Part shown: one piece after another, positions 18,901 to 28,405 of the stretch | How the letters are laid out: each line of letters starts with the position of its first letter | Numbering within the stretch: the stretch's first letter is position 1 | Source of the DNA: Macrostomum lignano | Lineage: Eukaryota | NCBI GenBank assembly: GCA_002269645.1 | Contig: NIVC01005025.1 | Location: 1 to 28,405 of the forward strand | DNA: 28,405 nucleotides | Reading direction: 5' to 3' | Notes under the pieces: model-generated | The model's database searches: none | What the model was told of the DNA's origin: nothing | Seen by the model: the letters and a program-made list of their open reading frames with translations, nothing else | Program-made: the position numbers and the translations under genes

Positions 18901-21900
18901 GGTGGTCCGCGACCAGCGACAGAAATCTGCGGCGAGGGGCAGGGAGCTGGGAGAGTGAGGCACAGTCAGACTGTCAGACATTAGCGTGAACAGTGAACAG
19001 TGAACATTGAACATTGAACAGTGAACAGTGAACAGTGAACAGTGAATTTTCAGTGATGTGATAGCACCGCTCGCAAATTTTGCTCAACACTTCCTGTAAA
19101 CAATCTCACCATTTGGGCAATTGAGAACTGAGACTGAAATAGTAGAATAGTAGCACAACTCAATTACAAAGAATCTGTTTCTCGGAAACCAATCGAAGCT
19201 ACTAGATCGTAGTAGAGTAAGAAATTCGTTTCTTAGAAAGCTCGAAAGCAAAAATTCACTAGAGAGATAGAAACTTTCATATTTTTTCTGCTCAAAGCGT
19301 CAGCTTTTCATTGGAGCGGATCAAATGCTCATATTTTAACATGACAGCCTGTTTAAAAGCTTGACAATCCCCTGCTTGCAAAAGCACAGCTCTCTGCTCG
19401 CTACTCACTTGTTGAACGCCTCTTCCTTGGTTGCCGGGGTGGCGGCCGGCCGCCTCTTCGGCTTGATGTCGCCGTCGCGCAGCATCCGCAGCTCGCGCTC
19501 CCGGCTGGCGATGGTGCCGAAGGCGGCCTCGCGAGCCAGCCTCTCCTCGACATCGTCAGGCTCCTCCTCCAGCGGATCCGGGTCGGCGAACGCATCGAAG
19601 CTGTGCGCCGGCCGGCAGGCGAGCAGCCGCTGCCTGTCCGGGAAGGGCAGCTCGGCCAGCAGCCGCGCGTCCATCTCGCCGCTGAGCGGCTCCGGTGCGG
19701 CCGGCTCGAAGTGCATCATAGCCATCCGGCGGGTCTGCATCTTCGGCAGGTAGCGCCGGTGCTCGATGCCGTACAGGCTGGCGCCGATGCCCAGCAGCAG
19801 GTCGCCCGTGTCCGAGCAGAAGGCGACGCCCTGCGGCCGGGCGTGCAACTGGACGGCCTTCAGCAGCTGGTTGGCGCTGCTCCACACCCGCAGGGTGCCG
19901 TCTTGGCTGACCGTGGCGAACAGGCGGAGCTTCGGGCAGGCGGCGGCGCCGGTGAGCTTGTCCAGGTGGTCGTCCTCCGGGCTGTGGTCCTGCCGGCTCT
20001 TGTCCTCGAGGTCGTACGTCACCACGCTGTACGTGGCGGACTGGGCGTCCTGCAATTGTGTAGCGATTCAGCATCAGCCATGTCAGCCACGGAGCAGCCG
20101 ATGTTGCCTTTACTATAAGTAGCCTATCAAACATTTGAGAACAGCTCTGACCACCCTGATCGCTGCTTGCACACACCTGGAAGCCGACCAGCAGCAGCGA
20201 CCGCAGCGCGCTCATGCACACCGGGGTGTGCGCGCAGAAGAACTGCATGAGCGGCGCCAGCGCCTCGCGCACGAACGGGAACACCCGCCACACCCGGATG
20301 ATGTTGTCCAGGCCGGCCGACACCACCTGGTCCTGGCTGGGGTTCGCCTCCAGCTCCAGCACGCCTTTGTTGCCGTGCCCGTCCACCGCGTAGTCCGGGC
20401 CCTGCTCTCCGTAGGTGCACAGGCTGCCGTCGGCGCGCCCGGCCACCAGAAGCGACTTGCTGGCGCCGCCGCCGGCCGCGTATTCGTACAGAGCCAGGCA
20501 GCGGCACTCGCAGCCGGGCCCGGGGCTTGGCCAGCTGCGCAGCAGGCGGGCCGGCCGGCTGTCCGGATCCCACTCGGCCAGGGAGCCGTCGGACATGGCG
20601 CAGTATAGCCGGTGCCGCTTCGGGTCCGTGCTGTAGGCGGATGCGGCCACCTGCGGTGGAGTAGTGGGGGGCGTTAGTCCTAGCTACACTTCAATTTTGG
20701 TTGCGGTTTTTGAAGGCCGATTTGTACTATCGCCGCTTGACTTATAAACAAAAGTGCCCTTAGCCCAGGGGCTAGCGCTAGCCCTGCAAGTTAAGCTGAG
20801 TTGGTCATGGTTAGTAAGCAGCCGAATTAGCAACTGTAGTGAGCAAGTGGTCACTTAATCGTTGCTGCAGTTCACTCCACAGTGTTAGGGTGGCAGCTCT
20901 GAGCTGCAGTTCACTCCGCAGTGATAGGGTGGCAGCTCTGAGCTGCAGTTCACTCCGCAGTGATAGGGTGGCAGCTCTATTGCAGCGGAACGGATGTATT
21001 TATCTTTTTTTGCGATTTTCAGAATGCAGCAAGCCTAGCTTACACTGTCGCGACAGTCTACTGACAACAGTAGAAAGTGAAAAAATTTTATTTCATTCAA
21101 TTTGCACCAACCTGCGGCGCTTCTCCGGCAAGCACGGAGCCGCCGGCCAGAGCGGAGGACAGAATCGCCCCGGTGGCCGGCGAGACGACGTGCACGCTGG
21201 AGTCCTGGCAGGTCACCAGCACCCTGGGCGGCTGGCCGGGCCTCGATGGGCTGGCCTGGATGCGCAGCACCGGGGCGCACAGGCTGGCCCGGTGAGTGTA
21301 GATCTCCTGGACTCGCCAGGCGCGGACGGACCGAGCGCCAGACGTGTAGAAGGCGGCGGCGCCAAACTGAGCGGCCAGACGGAGCGGCGTCTCGGCATCG
21401 GGGTCGGCGGCGGAGTCGAGGCGAACCTCGTCCACCTGAGGGGTGGATTAGCAGATCACTGTTTACTGTTCACACTGCTCACCGTTCACACTGTTCACTG
21501 TTCACTGTTCACACTGTTCACTGTTCACATGTTCACTGTTCACACTGTTCACTGTTCACTGTTCACTGTTCACACTGTTCACTGTTCACACTGTTCACTG
21601 TTCACACTGTTCACTGTTCACACTGTTCACTGTTCACACTGTTCACTGTTCACACTGTTCACTGTTCACACTGTTCACTGTTCACACTGTTCACTGTTCA
21701 CACTGTTCACTGTTCACACTGTTCACTGTTCACACTGTTCACTGTTCACACTGTTCACTGTTCACACTGTTCACTGTTCACTGTTCACTGTTCACTGTTC
21801 ACACTGTTCACTGTTCACACTGTTCACTGTTCACACTGTTCACTGTTCACTGTTTACTGTTCACACTGCTCACTGTTCACACTGTTCACTGTTCACACTG

Positions 21901-23472
21901 TTCACTGTTCACTCTTCACACTGTTCACTGTTCACTCTTCACACTGTTCACTGTTCACTGTTCACACTGTTCACACTGCTCACTGGTCACACCGTTCACT
22001 GTTCACTGTTCATACCGTTCACTGTTCACTGTTCACACCGTTCACTGTTCACTGTTCACTCTTCACACTGTTCACACTGTTCATGGGTCCCAGTCAATGA
22101 CCTGTGTGGGTCACAGATCCCAGCTCATGAATCTCTTCCTTTGCACCGCCCCGAAGCGCACCTGATCCCGCAGCTCCAGGTGCCAGACCCGCACGCTGCG
22201 GTCCTCCGAGGCGGACAGCAGCATGGGGCCGGTGGGATAAAAGTGCAACGCGTTCACCGCGCCGTTGTGCCCGACGAAGACGCAGTGCACCCGGAAGGTG
22301 TCGGCCACCCAGGCCTTGACGCTGCCGTCTTTGGCTCCGGTGCACAGCAGCTTCATCGGGTTGAAGAAGTGCACGGCGCTGATGGCGTCCGAGTGCAGGT
22401 CGCGGTGCACGGCCGCGCACTGGCCCTGCTGCAGCAGCAGCACATGGACGCTGCGGTCCATGGCGCAGAAGGCGCGCTGCCGCTTGGCCGCTGTGTCCTC
22501 CAGTGCCACCAGGCTGAAGCCGCGGTCAGCTGGCAGGCCGGCCTGCAGGCGCCGCCGAGGCAGGAGGTGCCGATTGCCGAAGCGGAACACCCAGCTGGTG
22601 ATCTGGCCGGGCTCGAAGCTCAGCACCTCCTCCTTGTTGCCGTTGTAGAGCACCTGCGGATTGAATTTAAAGCAGAGGGGGCGCCAGCTACAGAGGGGAT
22701 GCCAGCTACAGAGGGGTGCCAGCTACAGAGGGGTGCCAGCTACAGAGGAACGTATTCTTTGCATTACTTATTTGCCTATTTAGCATTTTAAGATCGGTCC
22801 ATGCAAGCAACATTTTCGGCTTTCTAAAGAATTCCTCGTTGGTGTTGTTAATCGGGGTGCCTAGCAGTGCTCGTTGGTGAAAACCAGTTCAAATAAAAAA
22901 AGATAAAATAAGCGAAAACAGTTTGTCTACTAACAGTAGTGCTAATAGGCAAGCAACCGCTATTGGGTTAAATTACAATAGAAAACATTCGGCTCTCAAA
23001 CCTGAGTCAGCGGCGCCTCGGTGGTGGCTTCGGTCAGAACGGCGAACTCGCCGCTGAGGTTAATCAGCGTTCGGCCGCCCTCCGTCCAGCCGACGAACTG
23101 GCCGACGTGGCTGGCGTAGGCCAGCCGGGCGATCGGCTTGGGCGGCGCCACCACGTCGGCCAGGCGGCCCTCGGAGTCGTAGAAGCGGAGGAAGGCGCCG
23201 TCCAGCGTCAGCAGAGGATTCGGCAGCTGCGGCAGCAGCAGAAAGTCGGTGATTGGCTGGGCGTGGCTCAGGCTGCGGCCAGGCACGATGCCGTGGGACA
23301 CGAACAAGTTCAGTGCGTCCTCCTTCATGATGTCGTCCGAGACGCTCTTGACGCAGTTGCGCAGCACCCGCCAGCGGTATTCGACGGCCGACTCGCCATT
23401 GATCATGCGGGGCTTCTTGGGCCGATCGAGCAGGCTGTGCCGCTCCAGCAGGTCCTCCACCACGTGGCTCAT
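15931..23472 (-). CDS. WDR97: WD40-repeat protein WDR97-like, about 1543 aa; complement join(23002..23472,22162..22653,21112..21435,20177..20650,19409..20049,18419..18926,17589..18035,16972..17429,15931..16747)
   Basis: Eight GT-AG introns with consistent phases (0,0,0,0,2,0,0,2), total 4632 nt. WD40 motifs include VFVGHNGAVNAL..LLSASEDRSVRVW, VVSAGLDNIIRVW and FATVSQDGTLRVW. The N-terminal blocks match human WDR97 as I recall it (RW.vLR..v, HG..P.R.L, G.FVGW, W.FR.G.R.L, RDLH...IS, WRV.E.Y, ATG.I.SS). Orthology is from memory and needs BLAST. Confidence 0.88.
16804..16873. repeat. Perfect 33-bp tandem duplication (CTGATGGATATTGTGGCTTTACCTGAAGCTTGC x2) in the last WDR97 intron
   Basis: Two identical copies plus a partial CTGA. 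Confidence 0.9.
18986..19046. repeat. Intronic heptamer repeat (GTGAACA)n, about 8 copies
   Basis: Direct reading. It is the reverse complement of the 21460-22082 array. Confidence 0.9.
20864..20978. repeat. Intronic 39-bp unit x3 (GCTGCAGTTCACTCCGCAGTGATAGGGTGGCAGCTCTGA)
   Basis: Three near-identical tandem copies. Confidence 0.9.
21460..22082. repeat. Intronic array of 7- and 9-bp units (CTGTTCA / CACTGTTCA)
   Basis: Fills most of intron 21436-22161. Confidence 0.96.
22674..22748. repeat. Short array (about 4-5 units) of GCCAGCTACAGAGGGG, the reverse complement of the 2956-3864 family
   Basis: Same unit and same GCG/GTG/GATG variants; about 20 nt from the acceptor at 22654. Confidence 0.9.
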
Positions 23473-25417
23473 GGCGAGGCATGCATTAATTATATATTTA
23501 TAAGATTTTCAAGAAATAATTTAATAATGTCACTCTACGAGTATAAATAAGAGAATCAGCTTAATATATCCATATACTAATGATAAAGCTTATTATATTT
23601 AGACAAGGCTTTTTTGTATTATTAAATCAAAGTTTTTCTGCTGGCGGCACATATAACGAAAATATTTATAAATATGTAAGAAGAAAAAAGTTTCAGAAGT
23701 CATTTTTATATCAAACCTTTATTTTAAGTTTAATTGCTGTTCTATAATTTTTTTTATAAAATATAAAGGTTATATTTTAAATTCTGTGGTCATTCATGGT
23801 GACAGAAAAAAGGAGCTTTTAAAAAATATTTTGAATTTAAGAAGGAAGAAAAATATACCAGAAAGTCACCAATTAAGCTAGTACTGTAGTTTTTTAATTG
23901 GAGCTAAAAAATAAAGAGTAGAGATTCACTGATGAGTTATGACCTGCTAATGACCAATGCAGAACCTGTGATCAACAGTAAAGTTCACAAAGTTGAAAAA
24001 AATTTAAAGGCAAATAATTGTGCAGCATTTGTAGCCAGCATGTTAAATACATACAAAACTGTCACACTCTAGCAATGCTGGTAAATGTAAATAAGTAAAT
24101 AGCAAATATGAGCGTAAGTAAGTTACATAATGGCTATTAGTATATATTGAAAATTCAATATATGCGAATTACTGAGTGCGCATTATATAGAAGAGCTTAA
24201 AAATTGTTATGGCAAGCTATTCACACTCAAATAAACAATAAAAAAGCTTAAAAAGGGTATGAATTTATAAAGAAGTGAATACTGCTAAACTATTTCACTA
24301 TTTGCATCTAGATGATGTGATGTTTGACCTTTGTATATTTTAGGATCCAAGAATACTTCACTCCAATTTTGAATACTAATTAAGACAAGATTCACCTGAA
24401 AAGCATTTCTGCACATATATACTAAACAAGCCTGTCTATGATGGACAATGACGGTTATTATTAGTACTGCACAATATGTCCAGATCTTATTATTCTTTGG
24501 AGAAATTGAAATCAAACCATTTGCTTGGGTAGCAACGGCGCAAATGTCGTTAAAAACGAAGACATTCGTAGTGCAATACGCACTGGAAGTCCTACAAAAA
24601 GCCTTTTCTCTTGATATACGTCGATTGGTCTACTTGCGATACATGTACATGCAACTGTACGACATATACTATTTCGACGTACAGTAATTTAGCTCGTAAA
24701 TCAATATATTACATGTACATTATATGTATAATGGTAATGCCCTCAATTCAAGCATTAGGAATGACGAGTGGTGGGCCGTGTCTGCAATTAGAAGTACAGT
24801 ATTTCCGACGCAGTTCCATTTTCTAAATGTATCTCCCCTTGCATCCAGTAAATATATACAACGCACTAGCTAGTCCAAACATTCAGTGCAGTACAAGTCC
24901 ATATAATACTATAAATAATGGACATCTAAAAACGATTGTTCGTAGAACTGCGCTACACCCGCGAGAAGTGCACTGGGGGCGGTTTTTGAACCAATATTTT
25001 CTAATTTATCGATAGATAGGGATTGTTTTTCGTTTTTCAACGCGAAATTCATAGTTTATGTCACTTTTTGGACTTGTTTTAAATAGGTTATACACAGCTC
25101 ACAAAGTTACCAAATTATTTTTGATGAAATACGCTCCTGTTTCATAAGTGTATTTTCTATACACGGCTTTTTCTTGCGCAGACTGTTCACGACTAAATTT
25201 GTGTATCACACGTACTACTTCATGAGCGAATTATACCTTCATTTGGAATTCAGGTGCCTGATCGAACATTCAGCAAAATTTGCACGATTTTTCAAGTGCA
25301 GCGCGTCATTCTACTTCATTTCTCTGTGCACGTACAGCGGCCCCGTTCAACCAGTGCAGCTGCCGCATACGCAATAAATGAACTATGCAAGACTTAAAAT
25401 GGTTTTAGAATCCCACA

Positions 25418-25717
25418 CCCACTGGGAAAGGGTACATCGAAACGACGTCGAAACGACATCAAGATATCGAAATCATGTCGTTTTTAAAAAAATGAAAATG
25501 GGATCGAAAAAACTATTAATTATTGCATAATTGTCCCTTTTTTTAGCTTTTTTCGTATTTATTTGGCTTAAATTGGGTATTTTTTCCATGTCGTAAGTAA
25601 GTCGTTTTGTACGACATCGAAGTATTATGTCGTATCAATGTCGTAACGACATCATTTTTTGCTATTGAACCCATATCCAAAGCATGACGTACTGACATTG
25701 TCGAAACGACATGGGTT
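25418..25717. mobile_element. Possible degenerate non-autonomous DNA transposon relic with repeated TCGAAACGAC/GTCGT motifs in both orientations
   Basis: A CpG-rich motif repeats many times in AT-rich DNA and is bounded by CCC...GGG. No clean TIR pair or TSD. Confidence 0.3.
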
Positions 25718-26524
25718 ACACACGGCATCACAGTTCTCCGTTCCAGTTCAAAATCAAATTGCTATTTCACGTCATGCTTTAGTCAAGAAACTATTCTTAG
25801 CAGGCTGAGGAATTTTACTTGTTAGATCTGTATTAATTGTATTAGTTATGCAATTCTTGGATACTTCATACATAGGCCTACAGACAGCTTGTAAGTACAG
25901 TTACAAGCCAATTCAGTTTACAGTAGATATGATCATGCTTCATGTACATGGTTCTATTAGTAAATTTTTCAAACATGTGCATGTCATCTTAAATCTAATT
26001 TCAAATCATGATCAAAAATCAAAGAATTGAAATCAATCTTTTTTATCCTTAATTAATTGGAATTTTAATGATTCAGCTTATCAGTTTTGTCCATGCTGCT
26101 ACAATTTAAATATAGACTAAAAATACTTATGCTATAACCAATATCTAATTTTAATAAATCAGCAAATCTTTTTAAGTGCTATATTTAATTGGTTTTAAGA
26201 CTAAGTAGACATACATAGGCCAGGCATAGGCCTAACCAAAGGGAGGGGGACACTGGGACATGTGCCCCTGCAGGGCAGGGCAATTTTTTTATTGCCTTTG
26301 TATTTTGCTTTTATTGCTAACATTGGAAATATATTTATGGCTCTCTCTCCCTTGACATGAATCCTGGCTATGTGCCTATAAGTAAGCCTATAATATTGAT
26401 CTAAAAATATGCTTGGCAATTAGACATATATCTAGTATATTACAATGATAGTGCCATTATCCCATGGTAAATTTGTGTATTATTATGCTTGCATATAGTG
26501 TAGCTGTGTCAAGCATATAATTTT

Positions 26525-26663
26525 CGAAGAGCTTGCGTGCACGGCAGCCGTTCATGTGGGCTCAGAATTGTGTGCATGGCGGCTATCTACCTAGTGCTTT
26601 ATTTGCATGTATGCATACAATTCTGAGCTTATGTGAGCGGCGGCCGTGCACGCAAGCTCTTTG
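26525..26663. mobile_element. 139-bp fold-back MITE (Mutator-like), about 53-bp inverted arms, 9-bp target-site duplication TATAATTTT
   Basis: Arms 26527-26577 and 26611-26661 match at 44 of 51 positions. An identical 9-mer lies at 26516-26524 and 26664-26672. A 9-bp TSD with long TIRs is typical of MULEs. Confidence 0.75.
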
Positions 26664-26749
26664 TATAATTTTTGGTTTCAGAATTTTTTAGCATGTTATA
26701 GGCCTATACATAATTATATTGTAAGATTCAAAGTAAGATGTTGAATATA

Positions 26750-28055
26750 CGAGGGGCACTAGATAAGTTTTTAGCTGCGGTCAAACTGTTTATTCAAATT
26801 AGGCCATATTTTCTGAGCATATTGAATAAGAAGTTTTATCATGGTCCCCAAAGTTTCATGCACCTAATTGTCACCATTCTCTCACTGTCACATTTTGTCT
26901 CAACAAGGTCTGTGACTCTTTCAGCACTGTAATGGAGCTCAATCGTGAACACTTTCGTGCCATGATTTTCTACGATTTTAAGAGCGGCTTGACATTTCAC
27001 CAGTGCCACAAGCGGCTGTCTGCTGCCTTTCCTAACCTTGCGCCCTCCATCGCCACCGTCACCGCCTGGTTCCGGGAGTTCAAGCGTGGCCGAGACAGCT
27101 TGGAAGACGAAGGTCGAACCGGCCGACCTGTTTCAGTGACGACACCTGAAACTATCGACCGCGTGCGGCGCATGATTGAGGCTGATCGGCGAGTGACGTA
27201 TCAAACGATTGAGGCATGTCTTGGAATCTCATCGCCGACAGTCGCTTCTATCCTTCGTGATCACCTCGCTGTCCGCAAGCTGACCAGTTGCTGGGTGCCG
27301 CATTTGCTCACCACCAAGCAGAAGCAGGCCCGCATGAGCTGGTGCCAGGAAATGCTGGACAGGTTTGGCGGAGGGACGTCGAAGTCTGTCACAGACATTG
27401 TCACATGTGACGAAACGTGGGTGTATTGCTACGAACCCGAGCGGAAATGCCAGTCGCGTGTGTGGGCTTTTGAAGATGAAGCCCCGCCGACCAAGGTTGT
27501 CAGGGGTCGGAGCACTGGCAAGCAAATGGTGGCAACTTTCTTCCGAAAGACTGGCCACATTGCGACTGTAGCACTCGAGAGCCAGCGCACAGTGACTGCA
27601 GATTGGTACTGCACCGTCTGCCTGCCGCGTGTCATCAGCAGCCTTAAAGAGGCGCGGCCAAAGTGCGGTGTTCGAGGTCTCTGGCTGCACTAGGACAACG
27701 CCAGTGCGCACACGGCGAATCGAACTCGAGAGTTTCTACAGACGGTGGGCTTCCAGCAGCTCAGTCATCCACCATATTCACCTGACCTGGCACCGTGTGA
27801 CTTTTTTTTATTTCCATTCATCAAGAATTCCATGCAAGGGTGCCGATTTTCCTCCGCCGAAGAGGCTGTTGATGCCTATAGATCGGCCGTTGAGGGGGTA
27901 TCCCACTCAGAGTGGCGCCACTGCTTTGAAACTTGGTTTGAGCGGATGAGGCGGTGTATCCAAGCTGATGGAGAGTACTTTGAAAAGCTCTGAAAGTTTC
28001 ATCTTTATAACTGTTACATGTTGACCGCAGCTAGAAACTTATCTAGTGCCCCTCG
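26750..28055 (+). mobile_element. Full-length mariner (Tc1/mariner DD34D) transposon, 1306 bp, probably irritans-like
   Basis: 35-bp TIRs at 26750-26784 and 28021-28055 with 1 mismatch, TA on both sides (26748-49, 28056-57), and an internal transposase. The subfamily guess rests on the CGAGGGG TIR start resembling Hsmar2. Confidence 0.96.
26932..27993 (+). pseudogene. Mariner transposase (353 codons) interrupted by a single in-frame TAG at 27691-27693
   Basis: HTH regions, WVPHLL linker, TCDETW (D1), H*DNA (D2) and YSPDLAPCD (D3), with 34 residues between D2 and D3. The supplied ORFs 26932-27693 and 27745-27993 are in the same frame. Confidence 0.93.
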
Positions 28056-28405
28056 TATTAAAGTAAAACCAAGATCTATCTTACAAAAAAAGTATTAGAC
28101 TAGGGCCTATTATATATATCATCTTTTCAACTAATAGCATATTTATAATCTATTTCATAACCAACAAAGTAGAGAAATAAAAAGAGATTTTATATATAGA
28201 TATAAGAGTTGATTTATAATTTTAAATTTAGTATATTTTTGCAAGCTAGAAAATTTGTAAAATAGGCATTATTAAATATATGAACTGATCTACAACTATT
28301 TGTCTACTACTAAACTATTTGTTTGTTCTAATTAGATGGCCAATAGACTATTTGTTTGGCAAGTGTTTAATAGTATGCCTAGATAATAATTGATAAATAA
28401 GATTG

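Noticed and set aside
20839-22791. 650-aa + strand ORF and other + strand ORFs across 16-23.5 kb
   Set aside because: These are antisense shadows of GC-rich WDR97 exons plus stop-free intronic repeats.
24285-26419. Short 60-80 aa ORFs in the AT-rich block
   Set aside because: They have no motifs, their composition is unlike the real exons, and their lengths are expected by chance.
27691-27693. Programmed read-through or recoding at the transposase TAG
   Set aside because: No read-through context is evident and mariners are not known to need it; a nonsense mutation is simpler.

Overview
Eukaryotic (animal) genomic DNA with GT-AG spliceosomal introns, GC-rich exons and very dense intronic minisatellites. 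The style resembles the flatworm Macrostomum lignano, but the taxon is an inference. I assembled two convergent multi-exon genes by hand with phase-consistent junctions. The + strand gene is a Dbl-homology (RhoGEF) gene (about 9305-13532, 6 coding exons, about 543 aa, no recognisable PH domain). The - strand gene is a WDR97-like WD40 gene (23472-15931, 9 exons, about 1543 aa). The first 9 kb holds six more tandem arrays and a few low-confidence + strand exons. From about 23485 the sequence turns abruptly AT-rich. That part carries a 139-bp fold-back MITE with a 9-bp TSD, a degenerate transposon-like relic and a full-length 1306-bp mariner (DD34D, 35-bp TIRs, TA TSD) inactivated by one nonsense codon. 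The most notable signals are: intron-specific minisatellites at all stages of growth, one repeat family at two distant sites, complementary intronic repeats bracketing three WDR97 exons, three RFX X-boxes in one small intron, and a MITE whose arm mismatches are almost all G.U-compatible. Most long ORFs in the supplied track are repeat artefacts or antisense shadows. No CRISPR, rRNA or tRNA was seen.
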